From: Waterburya sp.
GTDB taxonomy: Bacteria > Cyanobacteriota > Cyanobacteriia > Cyanobacteriales > Xenococcaceae
DNA length: 64,000 nt
Assembly: GCA_965217895.1 (NCBI GenBank)
Contig: CBDCJV010000002.1
Location: 2,624,001 to 2,688,000 of the forward strand
Reading direction: 5' to 3'
The notes under the pieces were generated by a model, which saw only the letters and a program-made list of their open reading frames with translations, searched no databases and was not told where the DNA came from. Both the position numbers and the translations under genes were made by a program. The stretch's first letter is position 1; each line of letters opens with the position of its first letter. This document shows, piece by piece, positions 1-10,400 of the stretch.

Positions 1-78
1 CATAGCTATCAGCTTTTAGCTTTTTGAAAGCAGGTAAAAATGCAAATCCAATTTTTCCTGTATTGATTCAGCAATGCC
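1..78. mobile_element. Right end of a MITE with GGCRTTGCTGA termini, cut by the window edge
   Basis: Ends in TTCAGCAATGCC with TAGCT-type heptamers inside, the same design as the complete copy at 62415-62599. Confidence 0.55.
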
Positions 79-270
79 CAATAATATTGAGTTAACACAG
101 CTTTAAACTAGCTTCTATGATAATGATACTCATTATTTTACCTGAATGTCTATTCAGATGAACAAATACACTTATCAATCGTTTCCATATATTTACGCTT
201 GGGCAATCTGATAGACTAAAGCCTAGTTTTCTAGCAGTACTTTTTTGTTAAATTAATAACGTCTCTAAAA

Positions 271-537
271 ATGCACTTAATTCTCTACAGCAAACCAGGC
301 TGTCATCTCTGTGAAGGCTTGCAAGAAAAACTGACACAGGTAAGCAACGTTGATTTTGAGTTGGAAATTCGCGATATAAACACTAATGAGAACTGGTTTG
401 CTGCTTATCAGTATGAAATTCCTGTACTCTGTCAAAAGATAAGCGAAGCAGAAAAAACTCTGCCTCGTTTGTCTCCTCGTGCTTCGGTGGCGAAATTAGA
501 GCAAATGTTACAGACAAATTTAACAATCTTAGGTTAA
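271..537 (+). CDS. Glutaredoxin-like protein (DUF836)
   Basis: YSKPGCHLC CxxC motif and YEIPVL cis-Pro loop; lies directly upstream of murE. Confidence 0.9.
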   Translation: MHLILYSKPGCHLCEGLQEKLTQVSNVDFELEIRDINTNENWFAAYQYEIPVLCQKISEAEKTLPRLSPRASVAKLEQMLQTNLTILG

Positions 538-585
538 AAAAGTGTCCAAAATGTAGTAGAAACTTTTGTTTACTCAAAAAGAAAT

Positions 586-2067
586 ATGATGAAGCTGCGG
601 GAACTATTAGCTAAGGTAAATCTTCAGCAACCAGAACATTCTGCTTTAGATTTGGAAGTCAATCGAGTTTGTACTAATTCTCATGCGTGCCAACAGGGAG
701 ATTTATTTATTGGGATGCCTGGCACAAGAGTTGATGGCGGAGAATTTTGGCGTAGTGCTTTAGGGCAAGGCGCGATCGCAGCAGTAGTAACTCCTAGTGC
801 AGCGGATAAACAGCCTCCTACCGCCGATGCCTGTGTGATTCAAACTGAGGATATGATTGCTACCTGTAGTGCGATCACCGCAGCTTTTTATGATTATCCT
901 ACCCACAAGCTCAAAACCATTGGTGTAACTGGCACAAACGGTAAAACTACTACCAGTCATTTAATTGAATATTTCTTACTTCAGGCACAACAGCCTACAG
1001 CTTTGCTGGGTACTCTCTACACCCGTTGGCAAGGATATAGCCAAACTGCTACTCATACTACGCCTTTTTCGGTAGAATTACAGTCTCAGCTAGCAGAAGC
1101 GGTAAAGGCAGGAAATAAATACGCCGTAATGGAAGTTAGTTCCCATGCCTTAGCTCAAGGTAGAGTTAAAGCCTGTAGTTTTGAGGTGGGAGTCTTTACT
1201 AACCTGACTCAAGACCACCTTGACTATCACAAGGATATGGAAGACTATTTTCAAGCGAAGTCTTTGCTCTTTACTCCCGAATATCTCAACGGTAAAGCCA
1301 TTATTAACCTAGATGATGCTTATGGTAAGCGTTTGATCGATCGGCTCGATCGCAGTAAGGTTTGGACTTATAGCGTAAATAATCAGGCTGCGGATTTATA
1401 TACCAGTAACTTAGATTATCAATCCACGGGAGTTAGAGGTATTTTACATACTCCTGTTGGCGAAATAGCTTTTAATTCTCCTTTGGTTGGTCAATTTAAC
1501 TTAGCTAACTTGCTGGCAGCAGTAGGAACAGCCTTGTATTTAGGAGTAGAATTACAAGTTTTGGTAGATAGTCTTCCGCAGTTTGCAGGTGTACCTGGCA
1601 GAATGGAAAGAGTCCAGCTTACTCCCGAACAAGATATTAGCGTTATTGTCGATTATGCCCATACTCCCGATAGTTTAGAAAACTTGCTCAAGGCTGCCCG
1701 CCCCTTTATTAGTGGGAAAATGATCTGTGTCTTTGGCTGTGGTGGCGATCGCGATCGCACTAAACGCCCTTTAATGGGCAAAATTGCCGCCGAACTAGCA
1801 GACGTAGCGGTAGTTACATCAGATAATCCCCGTACCGAAAACCCCGATCAGATTCTCAAAGATATAGTAGCAGGAATTCCTCTAACGATTGAACCAATGG
1901 TTATTAGCGATCGCGCTAGGGCGATCACCACTGCGATCGAGCAAGCACAGCCAGGCGATGGGGTGCTAATCGCTGGGAAGGGACACGAAGACTATCAAAT
2001 TTTAGGTACAGAGAAAATTCATTTTGACGATCGCGAACAGGCAAGAGTTGCTTTAGGCGATCGCTGA
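586..2067 (+). CDS. murE: UDP-MurNAc-L-Ala-D-Glu:meso-DAP ligase
   Basis: GVTGTNGKTT, MEVSSH, NLTQDHLDYH, DYAHTPD, DNPR (DAP specificity) and GKGHE motifs. Confidence 0.97.
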   Translation: MMKLRELLAKVNLQQPEHSALDLEVNRVCTNSHACQQGDLFIGMPGTRVDGGEFWRSALGQGAIAAVVTPSAADKQPPTADACVIQTEDMIATCSAITAAFYDYPTHKLKTIGVTGTNGKTTTSHLIEYFLLQAQQPTALLGTLYTRWQGYSQTATHTTPFSVELQSQLAEAVKAGNKYAVMEVSSHALAQGRVKACSFEVGVFTNLTQDHLDYHKDMEDYFQAKSLLFTPEYLNGKAIINLDDAYGKRLIDRLDRSKVWTYSVNNQAADLYTSNLDYQSTGVRGILHTPVGEIAFNSPLVGQFNLANLLAAVGTALYLGVELQVLVDSLPQFAGVPGRMERVQLTPEQDISVIVDYAHTPDSLENLLKAARPFISGKMICVFGCGGDRDRTKRPLMGKIAAELADVAVVTSDNPRTENPDQILKDIVAGIPLTIEPMVISDRARAITTAIEQAQPGDGVLIAGKGHEDYQILGTEKIHFDDREQARVALGDR

Positions 2068-2071
2068 CTTT

Positions 2072-2113
2072 AAAGCTATAAGCTTCAGGCTATAAGCTTA
2101 GAGCTTATAGCTT
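2072..2113. repeat. Tandem heptamer (STRR-like) array
   Basis: aagctat aagcttc aggctat aagctta gagctta tagcttc between convergent genes. Confidence 0.7.
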
Positions 2114-2123
2114 CGCTCATTTA

Positions 2124-2615
2124 CTAGTTAGTTGAAATTTGCCGATTAAGAATAACAATCTTCCACTGTCCAAGCTGACTAGCTTGAAAAGCAATTTTAC
2201 TACCGTCACCGTTAATTGTCGGCTGGGAAACAGAACCTTTAATGTTTACAGTTAATAGTTCTGTTTTTTGTTGTTGGCGATCGTAGACAAAAATATCTGT
2301 TTTTCCTCTTTCTGTGGAAACATAGGCAATATAGCGACCATTATCACTCAAGGCAGGTTGATCTTGACTAGAATCTCGGCGATTAAGATTAGGCAAAGAT
2401 ACTAGCTGTTTAGATTTTAAGTCGTAAAGAAATATATTTCTCCTATCGCGACGATCTGAGGCGAAAGCTAAGTAACGACCGTCCGAACTATAGGCAGGAT
2501 ATTCTTCTACAGAATTGCTGTTGATACCTCCAGGAATAATCTCTGGCTGAACTAATAAACTACTGCTACAGCCATTAATCAAAAAAAAAGTTAGCAAGAA
2601 TAATCTTAAAATCAT
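2124..2615 (-). CDS. TolB-like (PD40 repeat) lipoprotein
   Basis: Three repeats (PAYSSDGRYLAF, PALSDNGRYIAY, PTINGDGSKIAF); lipobox-like LINGC after the ATG at 2615. Confidence 0.85.
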   Translation of the reverse strand: MILRLFLLTFFLINGCSSSLLVQPEIIPGGINSNSVEEYPAYSSDGRYLAFASDRRDRRNIFLYDLKSKQLVSLPNLNRRDSSQDQPALSDNGRYIAYVSTERGKTDIFVYDRQQQKTELLTVNIKGSVSQPTINGDGSKIAFQASQLGQWKIVILNRQISTN

Positions 2616-2901
2616 ACGTGACAATTTACATATAAAAAAGACCGCGCTCGTTCGCTTAATCAGCAATGCCCTTTTTGATATTGATTTAATATTTGGCAAC
2701 ATTCCAAGATCGCCATTATTTAATTGATTTATAGATAAATTTGACTAAATATATATGCCCTGATTCTATGGTTTTCCGTACGAGTAGCTTCACTGTTAAT
2801 AATAATTAAATTAAAACAAGGCATTTTAAGTGTTTTCACTATTTCTTTTGTACCATTAATTGTAATTATAAAATTCCCCTGACTTAATATTCTTTGAATC
2901 A

Positions 2902-4353
2902 ATGCTCTACGGTAAACAACGGTCAAAGTATTTATCGACCTTATTAGTATATAGTCGTACCTCCCGTATGCTTGTTGTCTTCTTACTAGTTATTGGAGAC
3001 ATTCTCGGTTTACTATTGTGCTTCAATATAGCCCTTAAGCTAAGACTATCCGAATCTCTTGATTTGCGATCGCCAGTTCTCTATGCTTTGATAGCTATAT
3101 ATCTGTTTGGATTATATTTAACCGACACTTATAAGCTAAATAGACAGGCTTCTGGCGTTCGTCTTTCAGAAAGAGCCGTTTTAAGTATTGTGGCAACTAT
3201 GGCAGCAGTCACTTCTGGTATCTACCTTACAGGCTTGTGGGGTAGTGAGTTTCTAGTTGGTAGAGGCGTACTATTAATTAGCGTCTGCCTTTTTTCTGTT
3301 TGGACGGTAGCCAGCCGAATGGTTGCTGACAAATGGCTTGAGGCAAATCAACACCATAGTAGATTTTTAGTCCTAGGAGACTATCAAAAGGTTATCGAGT
3401 TTGGGAAGGAACACCGCAAGCTAAATTCCCGTACTGAATTTGTTTCCTTTTCAGATAAATTAGCTGCCAATAATTCTAGTTCTCTAGAGAAAAACTTTAG
3501 AAGAGGAGATAACAACTCTTTAATCTTAGACAAGGTAAATAGTCTAAGCTCAACTTGGAAACAGCAATACTGGTCAGGAATTTTGATTGATGGGGCAGAG
3601 CGTAATCTATCTGAGCAAATGATTCGAGAATTGATGGATATGAGGCTTAAAGGGGTATATGTTTACAGCATAGCTCGTTTCTGTGAACAGTTTTGGCAAA
3701 AAATTCCTCCCGCTTATGTTCAAGATGATTGGTTTGCCTTTACCTCTGGTTTTAACATTTTACACAACCGCATTAAGGCAAAATTAAAGCAGCTCATCGA
3801 CTTCTTGGTTGCAGCAGTTTTGTTGATTGCGACTTTACCCATTACGGTTTCCATTGCTTTAGCCATTAAGTTTAGCAGCGAAGGCCCAATATTTTATTCT
3901 CAATTGAGAACGGGTCTAAATGGTAAAAAGTTTCGGGTATATAAATTCCGTTCTATGTATCAAAATGCTGAAGCCAAAGGCATTCAGTGGGCGAAGAAAA
4001 GAGATCCCCGTATTACTCCCGTTGGCAACTTTATCCGCTTGACTAGAATCGATGAATTACCGCAGCTATGGAATGTCTTTAAAGGAGATATGAGCTTGGT
4101 AGGACCTCGCCCTGAGCGTCCAGAATTTGATATTAATCTCAGAGAAGAAATACCTTATTATGATGTCCGCTATTTAGTTAAGCCAGGGATTACTGGTTGG
4201 GCGCAGGTTTGTTACCCCTATGGTGCTTCAGTTGAAGATTCATATCAAAAGGTAGCTTACGATCTTTATTACATCAAAAATTATTCTCTCTTTTTGGACT
4301 TATCAATCGCCTTGAAAACTCTCAGGATAGTGTTTTTGGGCAAAGGTAGATAG
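2902..4353 (+). CDS. Priming polyprenyl glycosylphosphotransferase (sugar transferase)
   Basis: N-terminal TM helices; [33 protein letters not shown] motifs. Confidence 0.93.
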   Translation: MLYGKQRSKYLSTLLVYSRTSRMLVVFLLVIGDILGLLLCFNIALKLRLSESLDLRSPVLYALIAIYLFGLYLTDTYKLNRQASGVRLSERAVLSIVATMAAVTSGIYLTGLWGSEFLVGRGVLLISVCLFSVWTVASRMVADKWLEANQHHSRFLVLGDYQKVIEFGKEHRKLNSRTEFVSFSDKLAANNSSSLEKNFRRGDNNSLILDKVNSLSSTWKQQYWSGILIDGAERNLSEQMIRELMDMRLKGVYVYSIARFCEQFWQKIPPAYVQDDWFAFTSGFNILHNRIKAKLKQLIDFLVAAVLLIATLPITVSIALAIKFSSEGPIFYSQLRTGLNGKKFRVYKFRSMYQNAEAKGIQWAKKRDPRITPVGNFIRLTRIDELPQLWNVFKGDMSLVGPRPERPEFDINLREEIPYYDVRYLVKPGITGWAQVCYPYGASVEDSYQKVAYDLYYIKNYSLFLDLSIALKTLRIVFLGKGR

Positions 4354-4461
4354 TTATCGTTGTACGTTAATCGGTCGAGAAAAAATTCAACTGTTCGTAA
4401 GTAAGAAGTAAGGTTACTATTTAAAATGACTATAGCTGGGGTAAAAATTTTTTACTGATTT

Positions 4462-5550
4462 TTAGTAGGGTGGTAAGAGACGATAAAAACCATGAAACAA
4501 AATAGTTAGCAAAAATACTATATTGCGTAGAGGAATCAAATATATAGACAAAGGTAATGGTGGCTGTGATTCATTTTCAGATATGCTTCTAGATAACCGT
4601 TCCCCAACTGAAATAATCCAGTTGACGCTGCGAGGAAAGTCTAAAATGTCATTCAGCCATTTTCGGGGTATTTCTCCCCTACCCACGGATGCGCCAATAA
4701 TTCCTCCTAAAATAGCAGCAGTAGTGTCGGTGTCTCCTCCTAGGTAAATTATTTCTTTAATACTTTCTGAATAACGATTCTGATTTCTCAGCCAAATCTG
4801 AATTACTACTGATACGGTGTCGTATATACGATTGCTGATACCCTTGTTGTTCGCCAATTTTGTTGCCAAAGTAACACCTGCTTCTTTGTGTTCAGCACTA
4901 ATACAGGCTTCTTTAATCAGGCTCAGAAATGCTTTGGTTTCTGAGTCGGCAGATTCGATGTTGGAGTCTACTAAGATTTTTTGTAAGGTTTGATGATAAT
5001 CTTTTGGTGTCACAAAAGATTGGCAAGAAGCTAAATAAGCTGCAACAGCAATAGCGATCGCACCTAATTCTGCTTGAGGACTACTATGGGTAATAACAGT
5101 AGAAGCTTTAACCAAAGCTAACAGTTTTTTGGGACGATCTCCATAACAAACCCCAATAATCCCACTTCTCAAAGCAGCACTATTACCTGCTGAATTTACA
5201 CCGCTAGTTTGGGGAGTAAAACCAAACAGTAATTTTAAAATAGATTTACAGCTAGTCCCATCAATAACCGTGGGAAATCCTAAGAGCCAAAACCTTAAAC
5301 GCCAGGCTAAACACTGAGAAAATTTGTTCACATCTCCCCCTGAAACGATCAGAGATTGTGCCACCATACAGCTATGCTCTGTTCCCATAGAGATCATGCC
5401 TTTGTTTAAAATTAAACGATGTCCTCTAATGGGTGCATAGAATTTATAAATACGATTTCTAGATAATCCTTTATAGGGTAGACCTAAAGCGTTTGCCGCT
5501 GTAGTTCCTAGAAGACAACCTACTATAGATCTTAATTTGCGATCGCTCAT
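4462..5550 (-). CDS. ADP-ribosylglycohydrolase family protein with a degenerate metal site
   Basis: SAGNSAALR, ITHS and GGDTDTTAAILG present; the usual GDALG and DDT motifs read ANALG and MGT. Confidence 0.85.
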   Translation of the reverse strand: MSDRKLRSIVGCLLGTTAANALGLPYKGLSRNRIYKFYAPIRGHRLILNKGMISMGTEHSCMVAQSLIVSGGDVNKFSQCLAWRLRFWLLGFPTVIDGTSCKSILKLLFGFTPQTSGVNSAGNSAALRSGIIGVCYGDRPKKLLALVKASTVITHSSPQAELGAIAIAVAAYLASCQSFVTPKDYHQTLQKILVDSNIESADSETKAFLSLIKEACISAEHKEAGVTLATKLANNKGISNRIYDTVSVVIQIWLRNQNRYSESIKEIIYLGGDTDTTAAILGGIIGASVGRGEIPRKWLNDILDFPRSVNWIISVGERLSRSISENESQPPLPLSIYLIPLRNIVFLLTILFHGFYRLLPPY

Positions 5551-5782
5551 ATTACTATCAGGAAAACATTAATATTAGGTGGTATTTCCCCGTTCCAACT
5601 AAATTATGTATTTATTCTTATAGTTCCCACAGGTTAGCAAATTAATCGACGTTGATGAGTTGAAACATGAATCTATTTTTAGGTTTATTAAGAGAAATAT
5701 TGCCTGGGCTTGAGATACGGGCATTATCGTTATAGTAGCGATCGCTCTATTAAGCTAATAACCTACAATTAATAATTAACCA

Positions 5783-6730
5783 ATGAAAGATTTATATCCA
5801 CCGATCGAACCCTACAATCAGGGCAAATTAAAAGTCTCTGGGCTACATACAGTTCACTACGAAGAATCTGGTAATCCCCAAGGCAAACCAGTAATATTTC
5901 TTCATGGTGGTCCTGGTGGAGGAATTGCCCCTATGTATCGGCAATATTTTGATCCTCAGCAATGGCGTATTGTTATCTTCGCTCAAAGAGGATGTGGGCA
6001 AAGCACTCCCTATGCAGAATTACGCGAAAACACTACCTGGGATTTGGTCAGCGATATTGAAAAGCTTAGACAGCATCTAAATATAGATCGGTGGGTAGTA
6101 TTTGGTGGTAGTTGGGGCAGTACATTAGCTTTGGCGTATAGCCAAACTCATCCAGATAGCTGTAAAGGTCTAATCCTGCGGGGCGTATTTATGTTACGCC
6201 CATCAGAAATTCGCTGGTTTTACCAAGAGGGTGCGAGTAATATCTATCCTGACGCTTGGCAGGAGTATATTAAGCCTATTCCGACCGCAGAAAGAGATGA
6301 TTTATTATCTGCTTTTTACAAAAGGTTAACCAGTGAAAATGCCCAAATCCGTCTAGAGGCAGCCCGTGCTTGGTCTGTTTGGGAGGCTAGCACCAGCAAA
6401 TTAATTCCTTCTCAAGCCAGCAAAGTTAGTTTTGGCAGGGCAGAATTTGCCGAGGCTTTTGCTCGCATTGAATGTCATTATTTTGTTAACAAAGGCTTTC
6501 TCAAGAGTGAAAATCAGTTATTAGATAACGTCGATCGCATCCGCCATTTACCAGGGGTCATTGTTCAGGGCAGATATGATGTAGTCTGTCCCATGATTAC
6601 CGCTTGGGAACTTCATCAGGTTTGGCCAGAAGCAGAATTTGTTGTTATTGCCGATGCAGGACATTCTGTATCCGAGCCTGGAATTAAAGATGCTCTAATT
6701 AGGGCAAGCGATCGATTTGCTGCGTTATAG
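5783..6730 (+). CDS. pip: Proline iminopeptidase
   Basis: HGGPGG, GGSWG nucleophile, GRYD and AGH motifs. Confidence 0.95.
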   Translation: MKDLYPPIEPYNQGKLKVSGLHTVHYEESGNPQGKPVIFLHGGPGGGIAPMYRQYFDPQQWRIVIFAQRGCGQSTPYAELRENTTWDLVSDIEKLRQHLNIDRWVVFGGSWGSTLALAYSQTHPDSCKGLILRGVFMLRPSEIRWFYQEGASNIYPDAWQEYIKPIPTAERDDLLSAFYKRLTSENAQIRLEAARAWSVWEASTSKLIPSQASKVSFGRAEFAEAFARIECHYFVNKGFLKSENQLLDNVDRIRHLPGVIVQGRYDVVCPMITAWELHQVWPEAEFVVIADAGHSVSEPGIKDALIRASDRFAAL

Positions 6731-6847
6731 CTGAAAAACAATGCTCGAAAAAGAGTATGTATTACAGTAATGCTGGCAGTAGCCAATTTATTGATTTTTA
6801 GTGATAGTGTAAAAGCACCCAGGAATGCTTTGTAAACTTAAACTTTG

Positions 6848-7264
6848 ATGCTCCAAAATCGCATTCGACAAGCTATTTATGCTGCCCTGACAGCCATCGG
6901 CTTCGTCTTGACAAATTATTATTTAGTGCAGTTCACTATTACCACCAAAGGAGAATTGACCCTAGCTAACTTTCTTAACTTCGATATTGCTTTATTTATC
7001 GAACAAGTTTATGCTAATTCCGCCTCCAGTTTTATTGGAATAGATGTAACTATTGCAGCCTTGTGTGCAATTGTGCTAATCGTGACCGAAGGACGACGGC
7101 TAAAAATGAAGTTGTGGGGTCTTTACATTGCCGCTATCTTCTTAGTGTCCTTTGGTTTTGGATTTCCGTTGTTTCTGTTCATGCGAGAGCGCAAGCAGAT
7201 TGAAATTAGGTCTAGCAGAAGATATTCAGAAGGAAAACATTTCACCAACGTAAATGATAGATAA
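6848..7264 (+). CDS. DUF2834 family membrane protein
   Basis: ANSASSFIGID...EGRRL...FPLFLFMRE pattern. Confidence 0.75.
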   Translation: MLQNRIRQAIYAALTAIGFVLTNYYLVQFTITTKGELTLANFLNFDIALFIEQVYANSASSFIGIDVTIAALCAIVLIVTEGRRLKMKLWGLYIAAIFLVSFGFGFPLFLFMRERKQIEIRSSRRYSEGKHFTNVNDR

Positions 7265-7428
7265 CCTGAGTTCGGGTTAGGAAAACAAGTCGGCGGAAGT
7301 AGCTATAAGCTCTAAGCCATAAGCTTTTTAGGTTTTTTTCCAGAAGCTCTAGGGCAAAAAAGTGCGCCGAATACTATTTTTAAAATACTTTTACCATAAG
7401 GGTTTCGGCTTATTCCGAACTTAGGTTA
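7262..7428. mobile_element. MITE, about 167 bp, TA-bounded
   Basis: Terminal inverted repeats TAACCTGAGTTCGG / CCGAACTTAGGTTA; internal AAGCT heptamers; no ORF. Confidence 0.75.
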
Positions 7429-7434
7429 GATAAT

Positions 7435-7473
7435 AAAAAGCGATCGCTCTCCTAACAAAGCGATCGCTTTTTT
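7435..7473. terminator. Bidirectional terminator-like hairpin built from two HIP1 sites
   Basis: AAAAAGCGATCGCT-N10-AGCGATCGCTTTTT between convergent genes. Confidence 0.65.
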
Positions 7474-7495
7474 CAGCAATATGTCTTAATTTAAT

Positions 7496-10400
7496 TTAAG
7501 CAAAAGCAAAATTATCTTCACTAGCCAGAAAATCGGCAGGAGTGTCAGCCACAATTGCTAGGTTATGACCATTGACAGAAATCAATGCCCCAGCATCGGT
7601 TTGAGTAATATTGAGGTCGTCGTAACCAATACCCAAACTAGAAATACCAATTACATCTTCACCACTAGTAAAGTCAGTAATAGTACTAGGAAATTCAGGA
7701 TCATTGGCAATCCAAAATTGATCTGCACCTAAACTACCAGTGATAGTGTTACCTCCTTCTACCTCTAAAAGATCGTCTTTTACAGTACCAACTACGGTAG
7801 TAGGAATTTCTTCAACCTTACTTGTTTCGGGGGCATCCGTAGTCAAGAAATTTAATTGACCACCCTCAACTAAATCAGCCTCGGCGATAATACCATCTTC
7901 GACACTGTGAGCCTGAACATCAAAGATAAAGCGCGTCCCAGGTGCTTCATCAAACAACTCAGAAACATCGAGAATTCCCGAAGATTCCCAGTTACCAATA
8001 TCATCTGGTTCGGGGTCAGTTTGTCCTTCAGCTAATGCCGAACGATCCATTTGAGCAACACGAGTTAATTCACCACTTTCAGGATCTAACTTCCAAATTG
8101 AAGCTTCTTCCCCAGAAGTCCCACCAAAGTCTTCATCTTCAGCCGTAGCTCGATCTTCTTGAAGATAAATATAACCATCATCTGCCCAATCTGTATTATC
8201 AGGACTACGTAAACCGAAGTCAGAACCCTCAAATTGACCATTCCCCGCATCGTCTCCATCATAGAGAATGTCAATTTGTCCAGTCAAAGGATCGCCAGAT
8301 TCGTCAAACTCCGTACTTATTTTGTAGGTAGTTCCAAAGTTATCCTCTGCAAAGCGATCGCCACGACCAGTAGAGTTTAACACCGCTTGAGTGCCATTTT
8401 CTGGGTTAGTCGCTACATCTTCAGGACGAGAAAATTGGAAACCACCCGCATCAATAGACATTTGATCTTGCTGTGCTTGAGTTGCAAACCCTTGTTCGTC
8501 ATAACCAAGCTCATCTTGGATCTCGCCATCATCATTAGTATCTACTGCCGAACTAGCCAAGTCAGGACGATAGTAATCGAGTTCTACCCAGCTACCAGCT
8601 TGACTGCTACCCGTACCATTAAATCCAGCAGGGTCGGGGGCGTTATCATCGTCTACTTCTTCTCCGTCTTCATTGGTAAAAGTAAGAGTATCGGCAAGGT
8701 CGCCATCGGGAACCCAAGTATAGAGTTTCCCACCGACTAAACCATTGCTTTCGAGCAAACCCGCATTTTCACAGGTATCTTTTTCCCCGACATACATTGT
8801 TAAAGGGGCAGCTTCTCGGTCATCTCCTACCAAAAAAGCAACTTGATTCGTAGTACCAGTATCCAATTCAGTCACATTTTCCCAAGCAGCGCGACCCATC
8901 CAAGGCGCAGCCTGAAGGGTATTAGTAGCAGGATCGAGGATAAATTCGGTACCGCCAGCATTTTCTTCTCCAGTAAAGAACAAACTATCTGTTAAACCGC
9001 GACCTTCACCAAATTGATTTGCCTCGATATAGTGTGCCGAACAAAGGCGATTAAGACCCTCGTATTCTAGGTCTGTAACTTCGTCTACCTCTTCGCCATT
9101 GCGGTTAATAATCTTGTCGTAAGCCAAGCCCGCATCTTCAAGTTGTAGAGTTTCTTTGTTGAGGTCAAAAAAGCTAACCCGTCCGCCAGTCAATTCTGTA
9201 CCATTAGCTAAAGTGTAAGCGTAACCTTCCTCACTAAGTTCGTGGTTAGCTACTATTCTCACCGTATCGTCATCTAGGGCAAATGCACCCAAGCCATCAA
9301 GATCGCCTGGAGGTGCATAACCGTCAAATTCTTCACCAATGGTAAATATTGGATCTACTTCATAGCCGTTCAAACCTATCATTTGTGCAGGTTGTTCTGT
9401 AATTCCAGTATTTTCGATAGGTGTGGGGTTCATAATATTTCCTCCTAGATTTGGATCTAAATTTAATGGGGTGTCTAAATTGATGGCGATTACTTCGTTG
9501 TTGTCGATATCTCCTTCTCTTCCCTGGGAAAAAGGATAGTTATTATCGTTAGCAACCAAGATGGTATTTTCGTCAGCGACTACTATGTTTTCAATAGTTT
9601 CAAAGGGAAAATCGAAGGTAGTGTTGCCGTCACTGTTTAAATCGTTAGGATCTTCAATGTTTAATAGGTCAACAACTTCTTCTTTAGCTACAAAACCGTT
9701 CTCATCTACCTGAGAAATATCGATTTTGAAGATTTTTTTGAATTTGGCTTCTTCTCCCTGGTTGTTATCCCGTTCGATAACGAGAAACTCATGGTCATTG
9801 ATAGGAGTAAAGTCACCAATAGGATTACCGTCGGTGGTGGGATAGTAACCAACCAAGCCGTTATAAGAAGCAGACGCAACATCAAATTCATAGATGCGTA
9901 AGGCATTCTCAGGATCGCCATCTACTGTCCCTTCTAAAAGGGGATAAAGAGTTTTGCGGTCTGGACTAAAAGCCATACCTTCAAAACCTTTGGAACGTTC
10001 CAAATTGGGTATTCCATTACCTAAACTGGGATTTTGAGGAGACTGGACAAACTCGCCAGTGACAGAATCTACTACCGCTACTCCTGTTGCAGGAAAGTCA
10101 GTAAAAAAGCCATCTACGCCTACATCAATGAGTTGTTTAAACTCTTCTTCGGGGGTTTGAGAATTACCCTCGGCATCGAGAGTTAAAAATTGCTCTTCAT
10201 TCCGAAGGGTGTAAGGATGAACCTGCAAGCCTGCATCGTGGGCATAGTCAACCAGAGGAAAAACTTCCCCCGTTAGCTGAGTGGTAATTTCGGCTTTGCC
10301 ATCGCCATTACCATCTACGGGTTTGTCTAAATCCTCTCGCAACAAGATATTGTTTTTCCAAGGCCCTAAACCATCAGCGTAGCTACTGATGATTTCAATT

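Noticed and set aside
5975..5997. pip reads FAQRGCG instead of the usual FDQRGCG
   Set aside because: One-base difference with the catalytic triad intact; cannot be distinguished from a strain variant or sequencing error.
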